Assembly: GCA_965200155.1 (NCBI GenBank)
Contig: CBDATR010000035.1
Span: forward strand, 1-45,612
Direction of reading: 5' to 3'
DNA length: 45,612 nt
DNA from: Nitrosopumilaceae archaeon
GTDB taxonomy: Archaea; Thermoproteota; Nitrososphaeria; Nitrososphaerales; Nitrosopumilaceae
Each line of letters starts with the position of its first letter. Position 1 is the stretch's first letter. The notes below the pieces were generated by a model. That model worked only from the letters and a program-made list of their open reading frames with translations, did not search any database and had not been told where the DNA came from. Shown one piece after another: positions 23,093 to 32,336 of this stretch. The position numbers and the translations under genes are program-made.

Positions 23093-23914
23093 TTATTTGA
23101 CAGACATATTCAGCCGCTTTATAGCATCATTGATTATTGTTTTCCTATCTTCGACATCCCATGAGGCGAGCCAGGCCTGCTCCTCTATTTTTATTGCCGT
23201 CCCGTACTCGACGTCCACGCCACTATTCACCGCATGTTTGACCTGTTCCAAAACGCCAAGGGGTGTGTTGGATATCTTTTTGGCCAGTTCCCGTGCCTCG
23301 CTCTCCAATTGCGCTATGGGTACCACCTTGTGCAATAACCCGTACTTTTCCTGTGCATCTTCGGCAGTTATGGCCGCGCCTGTAATGAGTAAATATTTGG
23401 CATCCTGGGAGCCAATCATGTGTACCAGTCTCTGTGTGGCTCCCCAGCCGGGCACCAGATGTATATGCAGAATGTCAGGGAATGACAGTCTGGCATTTCC
23501 TGCTGCCATTCTAATGTCACACGCTAATGCCACTGATAACCCCACAGAGACACAGTTCCCTTGTATGGCGCAAATAACCGGCTGCCTTGCGGCCTCTATG
23601 GAATCAGTGAGTCTCTTCCCTGCACGCCAGTATCGTTGCGCATCCTCCTTTGTGAATTCGGCCAGTTCCGGTAAGGAGGGGCCTGCAGAGAAATGAACAC
23701 CCTCGGCCGCCAGTATGATACATTTAACAGAGTTCTCTGCGGTCAGTCCCTCAAAGGCATGTGTTAATTCCCGGACTACATTAGTAGTGAATACGTTTGC
23801 ATGGGCCGCGTTATTGATTCTGACAATAGCTGTTGGATCATCGCGGGAAACTGTGACTAGTCCCGCGGGGGCACCCCGTTTCTGCGTCTTGGCTCCCATC
23901 TTGAACAGTCCCAT
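23093..23914 (-). CDS. enoyl-CoA hydratase/crotonase-fold protein with degenerate catalytic residues
   Basis: PVICAIQG, ALACDIRMAA and PGWGATQRL. Confidence 0.88.
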   Translation of the reverse strand: MGLFKMGAKTQKRGAPAGLVTVSRDDPTAIVRINNAAHANVFTTNVVRELTHAFEGLTAENSVKCIILAAEGVHFSAGPSLPELAEFTKEDAQRYWRAGKRLTDSIEAARQPVICAIQGNCVSVGLSVALACDIRMAAGNARLSFPDILHIHLVPGWGATQRLVHMIGSQDAKYLLITGAAITAEDAQEKYGLLHKVVPIAQLESEARELAKKISNTPLGVLEQVKHAVNSGVDVEYGTAIKIEEQAWLASWDVEDRKTIINDAIKRLNMSVK

Positions 23915-24048
23915 ACTAGAATGATAGTTCAGTGATAGGTTAAAGCGTTGTTTTTATTGAATGAGTCTTATGGCATGCGTAACCGTTTACATCTAGACGG
24001 TAAATTCATGCATAGCGCCCACCACGTCATGGAACCATTCTATGACTA

Positions 24049-25238
24049 TAGCGGTCACCATAAGTCTTGGAATGGTACAAGGGACCAGTCCTAGAATGAA
24101 CCATGTTATCGTACCGTCATCTAGAATCACTCCCTGACGCGCCGGGCCGAAGTTATGGGCGGGCTTTCCAGTTCAACATGGCGGTGAACGTTTTTCATGA
24201 CTGGAGGAAGTGGACATATTCGACTTGCCGGAATGATATCCTGGTGGCAGATATCGGCGAGCCTGTTTACGCGCGCCAGTTTCATCCATCTAATGAGGAA
24301 TGGTAATGGTGGCGCCGATTGGTTGAGTGAAATGCCATTCCGGTATGGCGAGATGGATGCATAAGGTGTGTTTATGAGGATAATTCCGACAATATACCGC
24401 GCCGCCGCAAACAGAATCATTCTGTCGTGTCCAAAGCCACCAATCCGGCGCAATTCTCGTGAATTGCACTTGCCGGGCATTGGTGTCGTGAGGACGACAA
24501 AGTCGATTGACCATTCCTGGGACATGAGCTCATTCAAAATAGTCGAGCGTGTAGACAAAAGAACTGTTCCAGGAGAGCGCGATTCATATCAACAAACGGG
24601 AGAAGCCACCTATGAGGAGTAGACGCTGACGGCAAGCATTTGGCCGTCACGGCCGGCAATCCATGACATGAGGCATCGTTCCATATTACGGGAGATACGT
24701 TACCTTCAGAGTGTTAGAACACGGAAAGGCAAGAACCGTAAGAGGAAAATCGAGAAGAAAATCACTCTATTACGACAGAAGGCCGACAATATAGCGAACG
24801 ATTCCATGAATAGAATCGTCCATGCGGTCATCAAAGGAGTTGACAAGGTAGTCATCGAGAACTTGTCAGATCATGGTGGGAACAGGAATCGTTCCATGAG
24901 AGAGAACCGCGTTGGTGGATTCTTACACAAGCTGGGACAAAAGTGTGAGGCTAGGGGGATTGAGTTAGAGGCTGTACCGGCCAAGAATACCAACCAGACA
25001 TGCCATTCTTGTGGGCATCATTCCAAGAAATCACGTTTAACTAGGGACACATGTAACCGGTCACTGTACTCAGGAGTTTCATGCCGATATCAACGCGGCG
25101 TATAGTAACCGGATTTGGCGGCAGAGCGTGTCGCCCGGGGGGCAGGGAACGGTTCCCTGCCCAACCGGAGGCGCCAGGACGGAACGCAGAGTAATGTACT
25201 GTCCAGGAGCAAGGCGCCACGTATTATGGTGACCGCTA
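24049..25238 (+). mobile_element. 1190-bp tnpB-only element with IS630-like TIRs
   Basis: 15-bp TIR TAGCGGTCACCATAA/TTATGGTGACCGCTA; TA at 24047-48 and 25239-40; reconstructed empty site GAC-TA-GTC. Confidence 0.8.
24103..25110 (+). pseudogene. tnpB: TnpB RNA-guided nuclease, frameshifted
   Basis: Fragments FQFNMAV, DWLSEMP, LHLPGIGVV, GVDADGKHLAV (RuvC-I), VVIENL (RuvC-II), NTNQTCHSCG (Zn finger) and FHADINAA (RuvC-III). Confidence 0.88.
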
Positions 25239-25464
25239 TAGTCCCATCATTCCATAATGACCGGACCGTCATTATAAAGCCCGATAGGGAATTCGCCCGG
25301 CGCGCCAAGGTATACATCATATAATCACACTGGGAGGCTACTACATGCATGGAACCACCATAGGTGGGGAGGCTACTAGGAGGCGGTTTACCCGGCCAAC
25401 CATGGGGCGGCCACACCCGCCCAACCATAGACGTCAGGACGGGATATATGGCGACAAGCCTACC

Positions 25465-25556
25465 GTATGAGTTCGCCTGTGTCTAAATTTACGCACAACT
25501 GATCGCGACAGTTAATGTGATTTGTGCACAAGATTCCGGAAGACGTGAACTCATAC
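25465..25556 (-). mobile_element. 92-bp MITE
   Basis: TIRs (one mismatch) plus TSD AGCCTACC. Confidence 0.97.
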
Positions 25557-25662
25557 AGCCTACCGTCCAGGAACGAGGCACCATGTTCAGAGTTATGATG
25601 GCCACTATAACCATCAGTGCACATGAACGTGATTTAAAAAGCAAGGAGAAATAACAATTAAC

Positions 25663-25944
25663 ATGACAACATATAGGAGTACAATGCACGTGATAGCAGA
25701 CATGCTTGAGGTTACACAGGACTATGGAATAGAGGGAATAAAACCAACCGTTCTATTGAGCAAGGCAAATCTCTCACACGGCAGGATGATAAAGTTCATC
25801 GAGACACTGACGGGGGCGGGGCTCATGAATAAGATAGAATATGACGGCAGGCACACTTTCGTGATAACACCGAAAGGTAAGCAGTATCTGGAATCATACC
25901 AGAAATTCCACGAAATTGCCAACTCGTTTGGACTGGAGCTGTAA
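25663..25944 (+). CDS. archaeal winged-HTH transcriptional regulator
   Basis: YRS...IADML...KANLSH...ITPKG..YL pattern. Confidence 0.85.
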   Translation: MTTYRSTMHVIADMLEVTQDYGIEGIKPTVLLSKANLSHGRMIKFIETLTGAGLMNKIEYDGRHTFVITPKGKQYLESYQKFHEIANSFGLEL

Positions 25945-26535
25945 TGGAATACAGACGTGAATCAGTTGGAATCCAGTATGCGAGTCTCAGCCAAGGGTTG
26001 TATTTTCCAGTACCGGAAACAAAAGTCTATGTGGTTCCCGATCCCAATGGCGACATTTTGCGAGAGGGCGACTACTTGTTAGTATGAGTTCACGTCTTCC
26101 GGAATCTTGTGCACAAATCACATTAACTGTCGCGATCAGTTGTGCGTAAATTTAGACACAGGTGAACTCATACACTTGTTAGGCGAGATAGATGGCAACC
26201 ACTGTTTTGTAGTTAAGGTGAGAGGCCTGTTGAGAATGCTGGACGGCACACAAATGAATGGTGTGTATCATGTCTATTCCTGTGAAATGTACACAGGTGA
26301 GATTAAGGATATACCACAAGAGAGAAAGATGCTAAACAAGGTACTGGGCTTTGTGCAGAATGAGAAGGATCACATCGGCTCGGTCATTCCATGCAAGGAT
26401 GATGAGGGTTTGTTCTGGTTTGCTACCATGACACCGCATGAAATACAGAAGCGTGTTGATGAGAACCCGCTACTGACACTCAGTCCAGTGTGGGCTGAGA
26501 TTACAATGCTTGCAAGGAGGCCCGCTCATGTCTAG
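25944..26535 (+). pseudogene. hypothetical gene interrupted by a MITE
   Basis: Starts at a TAATG overlap with the wHTH gene; removing the MITE and one TSD joins MEYRRES...EGDYLL in frame to GEIDGNHC. Confidence 0.8.
26082..26173 (+). mobile_element. 92-bp MITE
   Basis: TIRs plus TSD ACTTGTTA. Confidence 0.97.
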
Positions 26536-26769
26536 CTATTCCGGAACGGTGGAGGCCGGAATGTGATGAGGCGTGTCGTTCTTGTTCGGTGAATCTTGAA
26601 GCATACTACATCCATGACCGGTACTATTATTGTGATGAGTCAGAGAGTGGGGATCATTCCTGGATCCCAAGGAATCATTCCAGGAATCACATCAGTCATT
26701 CCTGTAAGGCCCAGCGGATAGAGTGCAGGGAATCCTGTATACGGGAATGACGAGTTTGACAGGGAATAA

Positions 26770-26794
26770 TAGACCATGCCTCTTACCTCTGTAA
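26770..26794 (+). promoter_or_regulatory. promoter motif subtype
   Basis: TAGACCATGCCTCTTACCTCTGTAA, 24/25 identical to 34111-34135 (minus strand). Confidence 0.6.
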
Positions 26795-26851
26795 CAAACA
26801 AGTAGTTCTAACATGGAAAGTGTCTTTTTTTGTACAAAGAATGATAAAAAC

Positions 26852-26977
26852 ATGGTAGTCTGTGATGCGTGTGCAGATGACTGCCAGCGATTCGGTTTTA
26901 GAATAGATAGGGTGAATGCAGTGTACCAGGACAGATGTGACCATTGTAGTAGTTTGATACCGAATGATTTGGGATAA
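26852..26977 (+). CDS. small CxxC...CxxC Zn-finger protein (possibly frameshifted from ATG 26813)
   Basis: Translated by hand: MVVCDACADD...DRCDHCSSLIPNDLG. Confidence 0.45.
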   Translation: MVVCDACADDCQRFGFRIDRVNAVYQDRCDHCSSLIPNDLG

Positions 26978-27136
26978 TTCCCGGTTTTTTGAATTATACT
27001 AGTGTCAAAACATCATTGGAATGCCTTATCCTTCCGCTTCCATCTTGTTATGATACTACTCCTCTCTCAAGGCGCCCATCTCCACAAATTTCCAGAGATA
27101 TTGTTTTGTCTCTTCCGGCACGGCCATGGAATTATT

Positions 27137-27159
27137 CCTCCCTTAAAAGGGCGGGTCAT
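27137..27159 (-). promoter_or_regulatory. island promoter motif
   Basis: ATGACCCGCCCTTTTAAGGGAGG; in-frame ATG and GTG 21 and 27 bp downstream. Confidence 0.65.
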
Positions 27160-27297
27160 GGGCTGGAATTATTTCCAAAGGCATTAACTTGTTCTAATAA
27201 CGGCCTATTTACCTGAAGGACCCGTGAGTCCCATACCTGTCTATTACCACTCCTGGAATGGTGCCAGTGAAATTTTTGTGGGATGGTTACCATGGGA

Positions 27298-27445
27298 CCG
27301 GGGGTTCGTCCTAGTGGTCGTGCCGGGGGTTCTTGATCATGTGATACGGCCACCGGCCTGATCAGCCATGTGCCGGGGGTATTCTTGATCATGTGGTATG
27401 GTAACTGGGCTGATCAGCAGCCGGGGGGTCTTGACGTGGTCACCA
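27298..27445. repeat. imperfect 50-bp tandem repeat with a CCGGGGG core
   Basis: Units at 27320, 27370 and about 27420, plus a partial at 27298. Confidence 0.75.
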
Positions 27446-28167
27446 TTAACAAATGATTCTAGTATTGGAGTATTCCTTGTGCATTTACCATCAGCCACTT
27501 CTTGGTCTCCTCATAGTTCGGGCAATGCATGTGAACTAGTGCCCAAAATTGTTATGGTGTACAATATGACATAACTCATGAATGATGGTGGATTCTAGAA
27601 CCTCCTTGGGGGCCCTTAACAATCCTCATAGCGTATTTCATTCATGTCACAGTCACCCCAGCGGCCTCCACCGAATCTTTTCACGGACAAATGTGAGGTT
27701 TTACACCTATCACTCTAGCCAATTCATGAGTCCGTTCAATGACCCATTGAACTTACTGGGGTTTGAGATTGGAAACTGCCTCTTTCTTTTGGTCGTATAG
27801 TGCCTGCAATCCACTGGGCGTTCTTGATCACAAATATCATCCGTTGGGATACCGGGAAACGTTCTCACGACAAACTTGCCGCTCTTATCCATCAATGTCC
27901 TCACAAACATGACTCTCTGCTTGCTTCTTCGTAATGGTCTTGTTCCCCACCTTGAGTGCAACTTCTTCTGTCCTTTTCATACTATTATAATAGTGGTATT
28001 AATATACTTCCTTTGTATTAACTTGTATCATAACAGCCATGACAAAACATGGTGAAGAATCCCTACATTCTATGATATCTGTTCAAGTTTGACGTGTGTG
28101 TTCTTTAGCCGTTCTCACACACAAAGTGATTCTGCGCATAAGGTCTAATATACTGCCCAAGAATATT

Positions 28168-29067
28168 ATGATGTTGAAATCTTTGTTATTCAATAAAAGG
28201 CCACAGGTATTCGAGGTCTCCAACGGCAGGAATCCTTATCATCTTATACCATACATAGGCAACAAGTCTGGTTTTTGCCATATCTTTGATGTACTGATAC
28301 CAGATTCTATTAGAAACCACCGGATATATGATATCTTTGGTGGTGGTGGCTCATTCTCCATATATTGCTCATATCGCTTTGGTTCAAAAAATGTCACATA
28401 CAACGATAACAATCCAGTCATAGCCAATTTCATACGATGTGTAAGGGATGACCCTTCCGGGTTGCACCGGCAGTATCTCATGCATAAACAAAAATCAGGC
28501 AATGAATACTATCTTGATACACGAGACAAATCTCTAGACGTCGGTCTTGTGGGCGCTGGTCGGTTCCTGTATCTGGCCAAGAATGCATTCTCAGGTAAGA
28601 TAAGGTTCAACCGTTCCAACAAGTTCAACACACCCATGAGAAAGGACAGTCGGTGCCCGGATATGGATCTTGAGCACCTACGACGAACCAGCGATATAAT
28701 AAAGGACATGACAATTACGAACGAATCCTACGAGTTCTATGATGATACACGGGAATCATTTGTGTACCTTGATCCACCATACATGAATAATACAAACAAC
28801 CATTACAACGGGGTGCCGGAGACGGACAAGTTTATAGAATTTGTGAAGAAGATAGAATGGGATAATTATATTATGATTTCAGAGCAGAATGATCCGTCTG
28901 CCTTGAAACTGTCTGATGATTTCAGAGTCTATCCCATACTGCTGAAACGATCACTCCAATATAATACACAAAATAGCAGCCAAGAGATCATGGCGATAAA
29001 CTACATTTCGACACTGTTGGAATCTACTGATGGCAAGCATAGCCATTGTATGAGTTCACGTGTTTAG
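28168..29067 (+). CDS. Dam/D12-class DNA adenine methyltransferase
   Basis: IPYIGNKS, DIFGGGGS, YND and YLDPPY; the last codons and stop lie inside an IS66 end. Confidence 0.9.
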   Translation: MMLKSLLFNKRPQVFEVSNGRNPYHLIPYIGNKSGFCHIFDVLIPDSIRNHRIYDIFGGGGSFSIYCSYRFGSKNVTYNDNNPVIANFIRCVRDDPSGLHRQYLMHKQKSGNEYYLDTRDKSLDVGLVGAGRFLYLAKNAFSGKIRFNRSNKFNTPMRKDSRCPDMDLEHLRRTSDIIKDMTITNESYEFYDDTRESFVYLDPPYMNNTNNHYNGVPETDKFIEFVKKIEWDNYIMISEQNDPSALKLSDDFRVYPILLKRSLQYNTQNSSQEIMAINYISTLLESTDGKHSHCMSSRV

Positions 29068-29370
29068 ATTGGTGTAATGCATTCTACTACAGAAAGGCCC
29101 GGTGTGGACTTTAACTGGCCGGGAATCATTCCCGGAACACGTCCAAGAATGATTCAATCCCCTCAGTAATTTGCGCGGACGACCCGCAACGATTCAGGGA
29201 TGATCCGGGCGTCCTGATAGCGCCCAGGTGCGGATACACACCATTCTGTGACTCATTCCATGGTAACCGTCCCTATGAACTACTTACATCATCCAAATCC
29301 AGCCACTATTCTCCGCTATTCCACATGTACCATGAATTGTTCCCAGGCATAATCGGCCCTGGAATAGTAG
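29048..29370 (-). mobile_element. severely deleted IS66 remnant
   Basis: Right end GTATGAGTTCACGTG at 29048; colinear blocks match about 595-1410. Confidence 0.75.
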
Positions 29371-29372
29371 CC

Positions 29373-29531
29373 CCCTCATTGGGCGGGTAAACCGCTCCCT
29401 CATTGGGCGGGTAAACCGCTCCCTCATTGGGCGGGTAAACCGCTCCCTCATTGGGCGGGTAAACCGCTCCCTCATTGGGCGGGTAAACCGCTCCCTCATT
29501 GGGCGGGTAAACCGCTCCCTCATTGGGCGGG
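29373..29531. repeat. 24-bp perfect tandem repeat, 6 full copies plus a partial
   Basis: CCCTCATTGGGCGGGTAAACCGCT, no spacers. Confidence 0.97.
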
Positions 29532-29562
29532 AATGGTAGCCCCTTTGTTTACACATCTGGGG

Positions 29563-29654
29563 GTATGAGTTCACGTCTTCCGGAATCTTATGCACAAATC
29601 ACATTAACTGTCGCGATCAGTTATGCGTAAATTTAGACACAGGTGAACTCATAC
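29563..29654 (+). mobile_element. 92-bp MITE
   Basis: TIRs plus TSD ATCTGGGG. Confidence 0.97.
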
Positions 29655-29900
29655 ATCTGGGGCGGTATGTAGTCTGTTGTGGTGGGCACCCCTCATTGGG
29701 CGGGAATGGTCGCCCCTTTGTTTACCTTTCAGGAGGCTTGCAAAGGGCTCAAAGTAATCTATCCTAATTGGGCGGGAATGGTCGCCCCTTTATTTACCGC
29801 ACCCAATTGGAATCATTCCCGCTCACTGCTACCGCACATTCTAGCTGGCATTAATTCCGTTATGTGTACTCTGTCGGGACAGGATATACGCCAGCCTTTC

Positions 29901-30099
29901 TGGTTGGACGGCTAGAACAATTTCGTGGCTATGCCACCCCATGGTTGGACGGCTAGAACAATTTCGTGGCTATGCCACCCCATGGTTGGACGGCTAGAAC
30001 AATTTCGTGGCTATGCCACCCCATGGTTGGACGGCTAGAACAATTTCGTGGCTATGCCACCCCATGGTTGGACGGCTAGAACAATTTCATGGCTATGCC
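29901..30099. repeat. 41-bp tandem repeat, 4 full copies plus a 35-bp partial
   Basis: TGGTTGGACGGCTAGAACAATTTCGTGGCTATGCCACCCCA. Confidence 0.97.
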
Positions 30100-30161
30100 G
30101 CACTCTCATACAAGCCAGGTTGGCATCTGAACGCGTGAGCCAACTTAAACTGAGAAAAAAA

Positions 30162-32292
30162 TTAACTAGTGATGGTAAAGGTTACAGTGTTGGACATGGT
30201 ATGAGTTCCTGAGGGTCCAGGGGTTCTCACAAATGCCGTATATGTGTCAGCATCTAGGTCTTCGAGGGTATAGGAGTTAGTTGATACGCGTGCCGCTCCG
30301 CCAGTAATGACTCGGTCTCCGTCCCCATCAAATACCGCCACGATATAGGCAGTATCTGCCAAGTCGTTCCAGCTTAGAGTAACATCATTGCCACTTATGG
30401 TTCTACTTAGTACTAATGTCTGACTGTTATCAGGTGATGTCTGACTGTTATCAGGTGATGTCTGACTGTTATCAGGTGATGTCTGACTGTTATCAGGTGA
30501 TGTCTGACTGTTATCAGGTGATGTCTGACTGTTACTAGATGTAGTGAACTGTAGGATTCCCAGCCTTCCAACATCGGGTTCACAGGATTTAAACACACGT
30601 ATGGTGTACGCAGTATCAGGTGAGAGGCCCGTAATTGTTAAGGGGTTTGATTCGAAATCCTCTAAATCAGCACTTGCAGCTCCGGAGGAGGTTTTGAAGA
30701 TAGCGGCGGTTGTACAGGTTGGGTCTTTTGTATTATAGTCCTCTGAGGCGACCTCTATAGTTACAGAGGTGCTATTTTGAGTTTTGATTTGGGGTGGATT
30801 AATACCAGGGTCACTTACGGTAAGTACAAATTCATCACGTTTAGTGTCGCTGCCAGCAGTTGCTGTGACACGTAGAGTGTATTCCCCTGCTGCTGTTCTA
30901 TCAGGCTCCAAAACGAGGGTACTATCTGATATTTTCGCAGAGCCAGGTAATGTCTTGTCGTTCAGGACCTCTACACTATATGTAATGTCCCTATTATCAG
31001 AATCAGTTGCATTTATCTGTATGTTACGTGCTGTGCCCTCGGCCATGGTAATGTCATTTATGGTGTCAGTGAAGCTTAGGGCGGAGGAGCCAGTATTGAC
31101 ATTGAAGGTTGCTAAACCTATATCTTCGCATTCGTTGATCACACGGATGGTGTAATCAGTATTAGGTAAGAGGTTTGTGATTGTCATGGTACCATGAATA
31201 GTCAGAGATTCGGTCAGTTTATACTTCAATGGAGAAGATTCAGAGACATCAGCCATCATACAAAGATGTGAGTTTTTAACATCTTTTGGTTGAGTTCCAG
31301 GTACTTCAATAGTTATAGAATTTGGTGTTATTTCTGAGATACTAGGTGGATCTATAGTGCCGTCATTCACGGTAAGTGCAAAGTCCTCATGTATGGTGTC
31401 GCTACCAATAGTTGCTGTGACACGCAGTGAATATTGTCCACTTTCGCTTCTGTTAGGAGCCAAAACAATGCCGTCTCTAAATGTACGGTCAGGAGATACG
31501 TCAGCTATGTATGCAAATCTGGGTGCAGCCGTGCCGTCCTGTTTGGTTATTGCATATGTGACAGAATCACTCGCAGGGGTTACACTGAGTGGTATGGTTC
31601 TTCTCTCGGACTCATCCATGGTAATGTCTGGTATAGTATTAATGGAACTAGAGGGAGCGACTTTTGTCTTAAAGAATACAAGGTTGGACTTGACAAAGCC
31701 GTCTCCAATTGTTCTGACAAATACCCTATAGTCGGTGTCAGGAGTCAGTCCGGTAATATCATGTGTGGTTCCGGTAACGCGTGTTACCCCAAGTCTATCT
31801 CCATCTCCATCACGTAACGCCACGACATATTTGGTATCAGTTTTGTACTGATTCCATGTAACGGTGGCACCAGTGGAGGTAGGAGTTACTGTAAGACCGG
31901 ATATTGGACGGTCTTTCTTAATGACCGATATGGTGAAATCCTCGGTGTCCCACCCGTGTGTGTTGTCCTCGGCGGTGACGGTTATGGTAACAGAGGATGG
32001 GCTATAAAAGCTGGGCGTCCACGTAAAGTAGCCAGTAGAAGAGCGTAATGTGGCACCTGGTGGGGCGTTTTTCATGGTGTATGTTATGGGGCCGCCATCG
32101 CCACCCATGGCATCTATCCAAAACGCAATTGTACCGCCTTCAGCTACACTCTGTGGTTCTATGTCTAGTATATATAAGGCAAACGCAAGATCAGTGGCCG
32201 GTACTAATACTAGTAAAAGTGCAAGGAGGAGACCCCCCCCCCCCGATTAAAGCTTTAAGTGCGATATTGCTACGGTTCGTAGATTGTAACAT
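30162..32292 (-). CDS. FN3/cadherin-like surface protein, frameshifted at a G12 tract in the signal peptide
   Basis: TGLTPDTDYRVFV, NLLPNTDYTIRV and APPGATL..TGYFTWTP motifs; the ATG at 32292 joins the 648-aa ORF if G12 becomes G11 or G14. Confidence 0.85.
30416..30534. repeat. 21-bp coding tandem repeat (SQTSPDN linker), 5 copies plus a partial
   Basis: ATGTCTGACTGTTATCAGGTG. Confidence 0.97.
32233..32244 (-). promoter_or_regulatory. poly-G12 candidate phase-variation tract
   Basis: 12 C on the + strand, inside the signal-peptide coding region. Confidence 0.65.
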
Positions 32293-32336
32293 TTTAATAA
32301 AATATGGTCGATAGTATATTAGTATTGTCATCACAT

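Noticed and set aside
29284-29595. ORF with RPMRERFT repeats
   Set aside because: It starts inside a MITE and only translates the 24-bp array.
29373-30099. CRISPR array
   Set aside because: The units are head-to-tail with no unique spacers, and no cas operon is present.
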